The translations under genes were made by a program, and so were the position numbers. Below are positions 36,729 to 45,652 of a DNA stretch of 64,000 nt, one piece after another. The DNA comes from an uncultured virus (IMG/VR IMGVR_UViG_3300043811_000078) (taxonomy: Duplodnaviria > Heunggongvirae > Uroviricota > Caudoviricetes). The DNA lies in IMG/VR virus record IMGVR_UViG_3300043811_000078; one strand, 5' to 3'. The notes beneath the pieces were generated by a model. That model was not told the origin of the DNA and ran no database searches. It saw only the letters and a program-made list of their open reading frames with translations. Within the stretch, counting starts at the first letter, position 1. Each line of letters opens with the position of its first letter.

Positions 36729-38558
36729 TCAGAATCCCAGGGCGTAGCCGAGGCACAGCCACTTGCCCTTGGACGCCGAGTAGCGGAAGCTCACGGCGTC
36801 GACGTCGCCCGCCGTCGTGGACAGCGTCGGCGCGCCGGCCGTCCCGAAGTCGAAGCCCCCGGAGCCGGACGCCCACGCCACGGTGAAGCTGCCTCCGGTG
36901 CCCTGAGTCAGGTCGAACTCGATCACCTGACCGCTTACCGGGTTGCCCGGCGCGGCGATCGTCGCCGTCGACGCGGTGAGGGTCAGCGTGAAGACGTTGC
37001 CCAGGGCGGCGTTGACCGCCACCGACGTGCCGTACGTGAGGGGCGCCACGGCGGGAGCGAGCGCGCCCGTCAGCGTGCCGCCGGCCTCCGGCAGCCAGGG
37101 GCCGCTGAACGGCACGCCCTGGCTGACCAGGGCAATCGTGTTGCTGGCATCGTCGTGCGTGACGCCCGCCGAGGTCTTGAGGTAGCTCCCGGTGAAGCAC
37201 ATCCCGGCCGAGCTGCTGACCTGGCTTGCCCCGTACTGCGGGTAGTCGGTGGTGGAGTCTTCCTGGGCCACGCACCCGGTGCCGATCACGAGGGCGGCGC
37301 AGCCCGAGGCGGCGAACCCCGCGTAGCCGCCGCTGGTGCTGGCCTGCCCGTCCTGCTGCGCCACGCACCCCGTCAGCAGGTAGACGCCGCCCGAGCCGCC
37401 GCCGGCGGGGCCGGTGTTGTCGAACAGGAACCCGTTGTGCTGGTTGATGTGCGACGAGCACCCGGTCAGCCATTGCACCTGGTGCGCGCCCACCCCGGTG
37501 AAATGCCAGCCGTTAGCCGAGTTGTTCTCGCCTTTGCAGCCGGAGAACCTCGTGTTCACGCCGTAGTTGACCAGCCAGCCGTCAAGATCGTTCTCGCTCG
37601 ACTCGCAGTCGGTGAACCAGGAGTCGGCCAGCTCGGCCGCGTACACCCCGTAGCCGTTGCGGGAGGCGCTGAACTTGCAGTTCGTGACCTGCCAGTCGTC
37701 GGGGATCTTGCCGCTCGTCGTGTCGGTCACGAACCTGATGCAGTCGGCGGGCGGCCGGTGGACGCACACGCCCCGGATGAACCCCGCGCCCCATGCCCCG
37801 TCCACGAGGATGCCGTAGACGGTGCCGCTGCTGAGCTCGTAGCCCTCGATCGTGAACCCGGCGAGGTCCACCCCGTAATACTGGGTGCCGGTCGTGTTGG
37901 TCATGTCGATCGCGGCGGACCCGGTGAACCCGGCCACCATCACGATCGTGGTGCCGCCGCTGGCACCGACGCCGGCCGAGTAGTTGTCGTTCTCCGACGC
38001 CGACCACCACTGGGCACCCCAGAGCCGCGACTGCGTCACCGGCGTGATCGGCGCGTTGATGTAATACGGGGCGCTCAATGGCGCGGCGACGAGCTGCACC
38101 GCACCGCCGCTCGCAAGCCCTGCGTTGATCGCTGCCGTGTCCGTCGCCCCGGTCGAGTCGCCGGACGGGAAGACGTAGCGGAACAGGGACTTGAGGCCGC
38201 CGAGCGGCAGCGAGTCGTCCATGATGTACCACAGGCCGTACGTGGCGCTGTACTGGTAGACCTGGCCCTGGTTCGCCAATGTGAGGGCCACGGCGGCGGC
38301 GCCCCCGGACTCGTTGAACCGGTCGGTGCCCAGGGTCGCCACAGTCAGGACATTGGTCCCGGCCGCGTTGGTCGCGATGATCTTCACCGCGACGCGTGAC
38401 CCGTCAGCCGGGGACTCGGGGAGCGTGACCGTGAAGCCGCCGCCGGAGATGTTGCACGGCACCAGGTTGCCGGGCACCGCGGAGTACGCCGAGGACTGGA
38501 CGGCTACCGGGGAGACGCCCATCTCCGCGCCGCCGAAACCGTACACGTTCGCGACCAC
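36729..38558 (-). CDS. Tail fiber/spike with right-handed beta-helix
   Basis: PSGDSTGATDTAAINA, then beta-helix-like repeats (CESSEN, CKGENN, CSSHIN). Confidence 0.8.
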   Translation of the reverse strand: MVANVYGFGGAEMGVSPVAVQSSAYSAVPGNLVPCNISGGGFTVTLPESPADGSRVAVKIIATNAAGTNVLTVATLGTDRFNESGGAAAVALTLANQGQVYQYSATYGLWYIMDDSLPLGGLKSLFRYVFPSGDSTGATDTAAINAGLASGGAVQLVAAPLSAPYYINAPITPVTQSRLWGAQWWSASENDNYSAGVGASGGTTIVMVAGFTGSAAIDMTNTTGTQYYGVDLAGFTIEGYELSSGTVYGILVDGAWGAGFIRGVCVHRPPADCIRFVTDTTSGKIPDDWQVTNCKFSASRNGYGVYAAELADSWFTDCESSENDLDGWLVNYGVNTRFSGCKGENNSANGWHFTGVGAHQVQWLTGCSSHINQHNGFLFDNTGPAGGGSGGVYLLTGCVAQQDGQASTSGGYAGFAASGCAALVIGTGCVAQEDSTTDYPQYGASQVSSSAGMCFTGSYLKTSAGVTHDDASNTIALVSQGVPFSGPWLPEAGGTLTGALAPAVAPLTYGTSVAVNAALGNVFTLTLTASTATIAAPGNPVSGQVIEFDLTQGTGGSFTVAWASGSGGFDFGTAGAPTLSTTAGDVDAVSFRYSASKGKWLCLGYALGF

Positions 38559-38586
38559 GGCCCCATCCCCCCTCTAAGCTGACGGG

Positions 38587-38991
38587 ATGGACATGGCAGC
38601 GGTGATCGCGTTCGCCGAGGCCCGGCTAGCCGAGGACGAGGCGCCAGCGAAGGCAGCACAGCTTCGCTTCCCCGGCCCGTGGGAACAGGCAGAGAACACG
38701 AACTCGCCGCTGCTGTCAGCGGTGACCCTCTACGACTCCCGCGATGAGTCGGTCGGCGTGATCAGGGGCAGCTACGCCGCCGCCCACATCGCCCGACACG
38801 ACCCGGCGCGCACCCTCCGCGAGATCGAGGCTAAGCGGCGCATCCTGGAGCGGCATCGCGGATGCGGAGACGGCTTCGGCTATTGCGCTGACGGCGGCCA
38901 CGACCGGGACGACGGCGGGTGCGCCGAGCTGGCCGACGCACTATCCGCCTGGAGCGACCACCCGGACTACCCGCAGGAGCTGAAGCCGTGA
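38587..38991 (+). CDS. DUF6221-like protein
   Basis: FAEARLAEDE...HIARHDPARTLREIEAKRRIL...DHPDY. Confidence 0.8.
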   Translation: MDMAAVIAFAEARLAEDEAPAKAAQLRFPGPWEQAENTNSPLLSAVTLYDSRDESVGVIRGSYAAAHIARHDPARTLREIEAKRRILERHRGCGDGFGYCADGGHDRDDGGCAELADALSAWSDHPDYPQELKP

Positions 38992-39293
38992 GCGACAAGA
39001 TGACCTGCCCCGGCTGCCACGCCGAAAGCAGCAGCATACTCATGGCCGTCAACGACGACCTCCCGTGCCCCTTCTGCGGGCTGTCAGCCGACGCCATCCT
39101 GGAGATAGGCTCCGTGCGCCGCAAGAAGGCCGACGAGCAGCTGAAAGAGCAGCTTGAGACCGCCCTGGCCGAGCGGGACCGGGCCCTGACCGAGGCAGCC
39201 AAGCTCCGGGGCGCCGTCGAGGGCGCGCGGCACGCCCTCGGGTGCGAGTTCCCTTACGTGCCGCACGACGCGCCCAGCCCGAAGCGGACGTGA
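38988..39293 (+). CDS. Zn-ribbon plus coiled-coil protein
   Basis: CPGC...CPFCG. Confidence 0.6.
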   Translation: MSDKMTCPGCHAESSSILMAVNDDLPCPFCGLSADAILEIGSVRRKKADEQLKEQLETALAERDRALTEAAKLRGAVEGARHALGCEFPYVPHDAPSPKRT

Positions 39294-39324
39294 CCGCTTC
39301 CGCGACGCCGGCCGCAGCCCCGTC

Positions 39325-39630
39325 TCAGGCCAGTTTGCCCATGATTACGTACGACTGCAGCGCCCCGACCGGTGCGAGGATCACCGCGTCATTCGCCGCC
39401 GGCGTGTAGCTCGCGAGGTACTGGAACGGCCCGCTCAGGGCCGACGACCCGTTCACGTAGACCTGCGGGTTCCCCGACGTGTACGTGCCGGAGACCACGC
39501 CGGGGAGCATCATCAGCGGCATCCCGCTGTCGATCCCCGCTGTGCGCGTCTTCAGCTTCCTGACGTCCGCCTGGATCGCGGTCAGGGTGGCCTGGAACCG
39601 CTGCAGCAAAGGCCGCGGGTAGTTCGTCAC
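39325..39630 (-). CDS. Minor tail protein
   Basis: YLASYTPAAND; position in the tail module. Confidence 0.65.
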   Translation of the reverse strand: MTNYPRPLLQRFQATLTAIQADVRKLKTRTAGIDSGMPLMMLPGVVSGTYTSGNPQVYVNGSSALSGPFQYLASYTPAANDAVILAPVGALQSYVIMGKLA

Positions 39631-40826
39631 GACGCCACCACGCCGCTGAGGCTGTACTGGACGTACTCTGCCTGCTGCGGCCCCGGAGGGTAGGCGGTCC
39701 ACCCGGTGACGCGCATCTCCTGCTGGACACCCGGCGACCCGTCCGCCTGCGGCGGATGCAGCGGGGACGTGATCGCCAGCAGGCAGCCGTCCCCGAGCTG
39801 TACGTTCTGCAGCCTCGGGTACCCGGCCCCTCCGACGTTCACGGTCGGCGTGGTCATCCCCGCGGTCATCAGGGCGACCTGACCGTCAGCGAACGAGTTG
39901 ACCTGCGACTGGCTCGTGACGTACGACCCGTCCCAGCTCACCGTCGACTCGAGCACCGGGAATGACGCGAGGTCGGAGGTGTCGGCCCCGTGCGGGTAGG
40001 TGCTTTCCCAGGTCAGCTCGCTGCCGTTCGGGGGTGCCGTGGCGAAGATCATGTTGGCCGACTGCGACCCGGTGACAGGCCACCCGTAGTCGGTGCAGTT
40101 GCCCGGATAGGAGAAGACGATCCCGGAGTCGGCGAGGGGGCGGCCGAGCGCGGTGTACCCGAGCTGCAGGAACACGGTCAGTTCCCCGGCGGTGTCGAGG
40201 CCGGCGGCGAAGACGTACTCGAGGTTCCCGCTCGCCGTCATGTCGCTCCACGCGCTGGAGACCTGCGTCAGGTCTGAGTACGTGTAGCTGGCGGTCCACG
40301 GGACCCCGGACGTGAGGCCGGACGGCAGTGCCAGCCGGGCAACCTTCCCCTGGGTGGCGAACATCGCCAGGTAGGCAGGATCGCGGGTCTGGGCGGGTGA
40401 GACGCCCGTCTCGATATAGGAGCTGTCCTTGCTCGTCCCGTAGCTGACCAGGTCCAGGAAGGTGGTGAACAGGTCGGTTTCCGGGTATTCCAGGGTGTCA
40501 GTGATCAGCCGGTGCGACCAGAGGGAGTCCATTGTCTGGGCGCTGATGCTGAGCGTGCCCTGCGCCATGGACATCTGCGGCCAGTCCCAGACGATCCCGG
40601 CCCACACCGGCCACCCGTCCGCGAGCGCCCACAAGACGGCGCGCCTGGGGGTGAGCGCGGTGATGTACGGGGTGTTCACCGCGGGCAGCTCGTTCAGGTT
40701 CAGGCTGCCGTTGAGCGTGCCCGTGCCGTTGAGGTTCGCGCTCAGCGACTGCACGTCCAGCGGCAGGTCGTCGCACAGCAGCTGCCCCGAGAGCAGGTCC
40801 GTCGCCGCGTATTTCCAGTCGGCCAC
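39627..40826 (-). CDS. Minor tail (baseplate hub-like) protein
   Basis: WKYAATDLLSG...VWAGIVW...QLGDG...MRVTGW. Confidence 0.75.
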   Translation of the reverse strand: MADWKYAATDLLSGQLLCDDLPLDVQSLSANLNGTGTLNGSLNLNELPAVNTPYITALTPRRAVLWALADGWPVWAGIVWDWPQMSMAQGTLSISAQTMDSLWSHRLITDTLEYPETDLFTTFLDLVSYGTSKDSSYIETGVSPAQTRDPAYLAMFATQGKVARLALPSGLTSGVPWTASYTYSDLTQVSSAWSDMTASGNLEYVFAAGLDTAGELTVFLQLGYTALGRPLADSGIVFSYPGNCTDYGWPVTGSQSANMIFATAPPNGSELTWESTYPHGADTSDLASFPVLESTVSWDGSYVTSQSQVNSFADGQVALMTAGMTTPTVNVGGAGYPRLQNVQLGDGCLLAITSPLHPPQADGSPGVQQEMRVTGWTAYPPGPQQAEYVQYSLSGVVAS

Positions 40827-41878
40827 TAGAGCACGACCGGTTCGACCCGCAGGTAGCAGGCGGCAACGTCGATCCCGTCCTGGTTGATGGTTCCCGTCGA
40901 CCCGGAGACCCCGAGAGTGACCGTATGGGTGCCGCTGGACGGCGTGGTGCCCGCGGCCGAGGACGTGTAGACGGTCGCGCCCATGGACGTCCACTGGGTA
41001 GCCGGGTCGCCCTGCTGCGCCACCTCGATGTCGGTGCCGTCGATCGCGGTGTGAACCGCGACGGTGGTCGCGCTGGTGCAGTTGATCTGCGGGATGCGCC
41101 AGCTGATCTTCAGGTCGGTCAGGCCGTCTGTGGTGACGGTCGCACTCAGGACCGTCAACTCACCGGTGTGGAGCTCGAAGCTGGTGGTGAGGATCTCATG
41201 GACCGGAGCCCACGGCAGGACGCGCGCCTGCTTGCTGCCGCCCGTGTTCGTGTTGTGATAAAAGCTGCCTGATGGCTTGTCGTAGCCGAGCTGCCCGACG
41301 TACCCGGTGACGCTGCCCTTCGGGGCCACCAGGACGCCGCCCGCCGCGGTAGTGAACGGCCGTTCGTCAGTAATCATCCCGCTGGTGACCGTCGTGGTGG
41401 CCGCCGGGATGGTGAGCTGCGCGAGGGTGATGCTGTTCGCCGGCGCGGACGGCGCGGACGGTGACGCGGCGGCAGTGCCGGTGATGATCTCCACCGCGCC
41501 GGACGATGAGGACGTGCCGACGTCGGAGACGTAGGCGACCACGATGTCGATGCGCGGGTTGGCGGGGTCGGCGGTCTGCACGGTGAGGGTCGCCTGCTGG
41601 GCGAGTTTCGACACGTAGCCGCCCGCCGCCGGGGTGCCGGTGTTCTGGACGACGTACCCGCCTGGCTGCACGGCGACGGTCATCGCGCCGCCTGCGGACA
41701 CCTGAAGGCCCGCGCCGCCGATCACGCCGCTGAGCACGCCGGTGACGGACCCGGTGACGATGCCCTCGTCGTAGAAGTAGGCCGCGGGGCCGCTGAGGCG
41801 CAGGTCGTTGCCGCCGTTGCCGTCGTACGTGCAGCCTTCGAGCCATTGCGGCTCGCTGGTCACAACTGAAGTCGCCAC
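40826..41878 (-). CDS. Minor tail protein
   Basis: ADPANPRIDIVV...PSAPANSITLA...ITDER. Confidence 0.75.
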   Translation of the reverse strand: MATSVVTSEPQWLEGCTYDGNGGNDLRLSGPAAYFYDEGIVTGSVTGVLSGVIGGAGLQVSAGGAMTVAVQPGGYVVQNTGTPAAGGYVSKLAQQATLTVQTADPANPRIDIVVAYVSDVGTSSSSGAVEIITGTAAASPSAPSAPANSITLAQLTIPAATTTVTSGMITDERPFTTAAGGVLVAPKGSVTGYVGQLGYDKPSGSFYHNTNTGGSKQARVLPWAPVHEILTTSFELHTGELTVLSATVTTDGLTDLKISWRIPQINCTSATTVAVHTAIDGTDIEVAQQGDPATQWTSMGATVYTSSAAGTTPSSGTHTVTLGVSGSTGTINQDGIDVAACYLRVEPVVL

Positions 41879-41908
41879 CGGACCCCCGTTTCAGGCAGAG
41901 TGGTGGAC

Positions 41909-42391
41909 GTGGACGGAGACTTCGCGGCGTTCCTGGATGCCCGCTACGACGAGGCCGGGGCGCTGGCGCAGGCGGCGACGGCCGGCCCGTGGAAGTACCA
42001 GGTGTTCCGCCGCGACGAGGGGCACCGGGAGTGGGTCATGTGCGGCAGGAGCAGCCCGTACGGCGTGATGATCGGAGACGCCGGGATCGGGTGGATGCCC
42101 TCGACAGGCATCCCGGATCCCGACTTCATCGCCGCGTGCGACCCGGCGCACCGGCTGCGGGACATCGCGCTCAAGCGCGCCATCCTCGCCGAGCACGCGC
42201 AAGTCAGGGCGGACAGCGACGAAGAAGACGAAGAAGGGGCCACCGGATGCCGGGTGTGCGACTGGGACCGCGATTGCGGAGAGGTCCGGCCGGCCGGCCG
42301 GCCGTGCGTCACTGCACGCCAGCTCGGGACCGAGTTCAGCGACCACCCCGATTACCGCCCCGGCTGGGCACCGGAGGACAGCCCTGGATGA
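41909..42391 (+). CDS. DUF6221-like protein (second copy)
   Basis: FLDARYDE...ATAGPW...DPAHRLRDIALKRAIL...DHPDY. Confidence 0.8.
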   Translation: MDGDFAAFLDARYDEAGALAQAATAGPWKYQVFRRDEGHREWVMCGRSSPYGVMIGDAGIGWMPSTGIPDPDFIAACDPAHRLRDIALKRAILAEHAQVRADSDEEDEEGATGCRVCDWDRDCGEVRPAGRPCVTARQLGTEFSDHPDYRPGWAPEDSPG

Positions 42392-42571
42392 GCTGATCGC
42401 GAGAGAGCCGAAGTGTCCCCGCTGCCAGTCTCCGCGCTGGGTCTCAGTCTCACTGGATGGCGGCTGGACGCGCCGGGCGCAATGCGTGCCGTGCGGGGCG
42501 CTTCACGAGCCGGTCATCGGTCCCGGTTACCTGTCGAGCCGGTACGGCGATCCCGGCGCGACCCACCCGGA

Positions 42572-44080
42572 CTACCGGCAGGAACGGAAGCCGTGAACGA
42601 GTCGCGCGGTCACTGCTCTGGCCGGGCAGGTACGTGCACCGCCGCGCCGGAATACATCTGGACCGGGTCGCACGGAGGCGAGTACGGCCTGTGCGCCCGG
42701 TGCTGCGCGGAATGGCGCGAGCAGGTGCGAGGCTTTCCGCCGGCTGAGGCGGTGCGCATCCGCAGTATCCGGAAGCCGTGAGTGCCCTAAGGACCACGCA
42801 TCCGCGAAATACAGCGTGGCGCTGCACCCGCTCCCGGTGCTGCCGCCCAGCTCGATCGCGTTGCTTCCCGGCTCCAGGTCCCACCATGCGCTGCTGATGT
42901 CCGCCGGCCAGTAGGTGCCGGTACCGGACGGCATGCCCGGCACCGTCGACACGGCGGACGGATTCACCCAGGTCTCGCGGTTGAGGAAGTCGACGACGGC
43001 GATGCTGCCCGAGGGGAGCGTCAGCGTCGACCACGACACGGTCTCGCCGGTCGTGAGGTTCGCCAGGGCCGGCCCGGTGACCGGGCCGGTGATCACCGCG
43101 ACCGGCGGCGAGCCGAAGTTCCCGAGATTGACCGCGACCGCCGACCCCGGCGGCGCGCTTGAGTCCAGGGTGAACGGGACCGTGAACGGCACCGTCATCC
43201 CGCCGCCGCCGCCGGACGGCACCGGGGTGATCGTCAGCGTCTTGCCTGCCGTCGCGTACTTGCGCATGTCAGGCGCGACGAGCCCGATGGTGAACGTCAC
43301 GTCGCACAAGGTCGGGTACGCCTCGGTGAGCTGCCCGGACCGGCGCACGCGGGCGACCTTGCTGACCGGCTCGTCATACCGGAGTGTCGCCAGGTCCGAC
43401 ACCGGGACGGCCTGCTGGAGCAGCGCCCGTGCCACATCCCGCAGGGCCTGCGTCGGGGCCGACGCGGTGACCGTCAGCGTCAGCGTCCGCGCGGCATAGT
43501 ACTGCGGGGACGCCCACGCGCCGTGGTCGCCGGAGCGGGGGATCACTCCGGCGCCCTGCACGGGAGGGCCGTCCCATCCGGTGATCTTCTGCCACAGCCA
43601 CGCGATGCCGTTGCTGTCGACGGTCCCGAACTCGATATCAAGCCCGGCGGCGGGATAGATCAGTCCGCCGGTCCAGTACCCGAGGTCCCCTGCGGGCACC
43701 GGCGGCGCGTAGCCGCCGCTGACCCAGAAGTTCTCGCTGCCCGGGTATGAGCCGTCGCCGTAGCCGATGCTCCAGTTCGCGACGTAGCTGCCCTCGGGGA
43801 CGCTGGCGGGGATCTGCCAGGTGCACGAGTAGACGCCCGTGCTGACCCGCCACACCTGGCCGGCGGTCTCGGACGATGCGCCCTGGTAGGTGAACGGGCC
43901 CGCGACGTCGGGGGCGAAGCCCAGCTCCGACCCGTACGTGATGTCCAGCTGCACCGAGGAGGGGTCGGCGAGGACGCCGCCGATCCAGAAGTCCACGGTG
44001 AGGGTGACCGGCTGCCCGGCAACCCCGGTCGTCTCCGTCTCGCCATAAGTCGGCCCGTATTCCGGGGTGTAGACGCCCAC
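42572..44080 (-). CDS. Distal tail protein; true end probably near 42787
   Basis: ITGWDGPP, RTLTLT, LVAPD, WWDLEPGSN, ADAW; the remainder overlaps a + strand gene. Confidence 0.75.
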   Translation of the reverse strand: MGVYTPEYGPTYGETETTGVAGQPVTLTVDFWIGGVLADPSSVQLDITYGSELGFAPDVAGPFTYQGASSETAGQVWRVSTGVYSCTWQIPASVPEGSYVANWSIGYGDGSYPGSENFWVSGGYAPPVPAGDLGYWTGGLIYPAAGLDIEFGTVDSNGIAWLWQKITGWDGPPVQGAGVIPRSGDHGAWASPQYYAARTLTLTVTASAPTQALRDVARALLQQAVPVSDLATLRYDEPVSKVARVRRSGQLTEAYPTLCDVTFTIGLVAPDMRKYATAGKTLTITPVPSGGGGGMTVPFTVPFTLDSSAPPGSAVAVNLGNFGSPPVAVITGPVTGPALANLTTGETVSWSTLTLPSGSIAVVDFLNRETWVNPSAVSTVPGMPSGTGTYWPADISSAWWDLEPGSNAIELGGSTGSGCSATLYFADAWSLGHSRLPDTADAHRLSRRKASHLLAPFRAAPGAQAVLASVRPGPDVFRRGGARTCPARAVTARLVHGFRSCR

Positions 44081-44083
44081 GCG

Positions 44084-45289
44084 TCACGCCACCCGGTACC
44101 ACAGGCTCGCGGCAGGCTCCCAGATGTAGGTGACCGCGGTCCCGGCCGCGATCACGTCGCTCGTCCCGTCCGCCACGTTGCTGGTCCCCGCGGCGGCGAA
44201 CGTCATGCTGTACGCGCTCGTGTTGATCAGGGTGACCCGGATGGACGCCGCCACCGGGGCGGTCAGCGCGGGCGGCGCGGCCGTCAGCGACGGGGCGGAC
44301 AGGATCAGCCCGGTCACGGCCCCCGCGGCGGTCAGCGGGTACGAGTCGTACTGGTAGTTCCAGGTGATCGCGGCGCCCGTCGTGAGCGTCGCCGTCGCGG
44401 CGGGACCGGGAGCGAACCCGCTCCGGCACCAGGCGACCTGATGGGACCAGAACAGCGGGTTGGACGTGGCGTTGCCCGCCAGCGTCGTGTAGCCGCCCAG
44501 GCTGTCGATCACGTACACGTAGCCGGCCCGGAACGTCCTGCTGAGCGCCAGGACCTCGCCGAGCTGCGCCAGCGTCGCGACTTCCTCGATAATATGGAAG
44601 TACCGCGACGCCGCGTAATAGGGCAGCCAGTCCGGCTGCGACGCGGCGTACTCCGTCGTGTAGTACGTGTACGTCTCCTCGCAGGTGCACAGGATGTCGC
44701 ACGTGCTCATGTATGACTGGTCCGGGATGTCTCCGCAGTTGAGGAGGACGATGCATTCGCCGGTGTTCTTGGCCTTCACGTAGTTGTAAAGCGACAGGTA
44801 GTACGGCTGGCTCGCGATCAGGTAGGCGCCCTCGTCGTAGAAGATGCCGTCGAGCGCCGGGTAGTACGAGTACCACGTGTCGACCATGCTCTCGACGGTC
44901 GCGAGGACGTCGTCCCCGTAGCCGGTGGGCACGTAGCCCAGCGCATAGATCCCGGCCGCGTGCAGCTCGCTGATCTGCGCGGTCCAGTCATCGGTGTAGG
45001 TGCCGGGCCCGCTGTCGGCGTTGAGGATGACAATGGACGCGACCGGGCCGGCGGCCTGGATCGTCTGGTAGTCGCCGGAGGCCAGGTAGTACGTCGGGTA
45101 CTCGTAGAGGGGGACGACGATCCGCTGGGCACCGTCCCCGGCGTCCCGCCGCATGAAGTAGCCGGGCGGCAGCGCGCTTCCGGGTGGTGAGTTCGTGACG
45201 CGGGCCAGGACATCCGCCACGTCATCCATGTCAGCGGCGGGATTGCCCTGCCCCGTCTGGCGCGTGTCGGGCGGGATGGTCGCGTTCAC
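44084..45289 (-). CDS. Spherulin-4/GH135-like glycoside hydrolase with virion-type C-terminus
   Basis: VVPLYEYP, LNADSGPG, LGYVPTGYG, LDGIFYDEG, LNCG, CTCEE. Confidence 0.8.
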   Translation of the reverse strand: MNATIPPDTRQTGQGNPAADMDDVADVLARVTNSPPGSALPPGYFMRRDAGDGAQRIVVPLYEYPTYYLASGDYQTIQAAGPVASIVILNADSGPGTYTDDWTAQISELHAAGIYALGYVPTGYGDDVLATVESMVDTWYSYYPALDGIFYDEGAYLIASQPYYLSLYNYVKAKNTGECIVLLNCGDIPDQSYMSTCDILCTCEETYTYYTTEYAASQPDWLPYYAASRYFHIIEEVATLAQLGEVLALSRTFRAGYVYVIDSLGGYTTLAGNATSNPLFWSHQVAWCRSGFAPGPAATATLTTGAAITWNYQYDSYPLTAAGAVTGLILSAPSLTAAPPALTAPVAASIRVTLINTSAYSMTFAAAGTSNVADGTSDVIAAGTAVTYIWEPAASLWYRVA

Positions 45290-45418
45290 GGCTCACCCCC
45301 CTGTACGCTCAGGATCGCGGCGGCGCAGGCGGCGGAGAACGGAACCGCGAGGGGAAACCGCGCCCGCAACAGAGGTTGCAGAGCAGCCGGCCGGCTTGGC
45401 ATGCCGGGGCGCCGCCGC

Positions 45419-45613
45419 CTAACTGCCCTCCGCCTCATCCATCGCGTCGGCAGTTGCGCGCAGAACCGTGGCCAGTGACGGGACGGTCGCGAGCAGCGTC
45501 GCCGTCCCCTCGTCGTCGCGTGACAGTTCCGGGGTGATCGTCCCGACGTGGACCTCCGGGCCGTCTCCGACCCGCATGTAGACGGGGATTCCCGGTGCCT
45601 GCGCCTCTGCCAT
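45419..45613 (-). CDS. Small hypothetical protein
   Basis: RBS AGAAGGG. Confidence 0.5.
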   Translation of the reverse strand: MAEAQAPGIPVYMRVGDGPEVHVGTITPELSRDDEGTATLLATVPSLATVLRATADAMDEAEGS

Positions 45614-45652
45614 ATCGCGCCCTTCTTCGGGTTGAAGTCAAGACCGTGCTCT

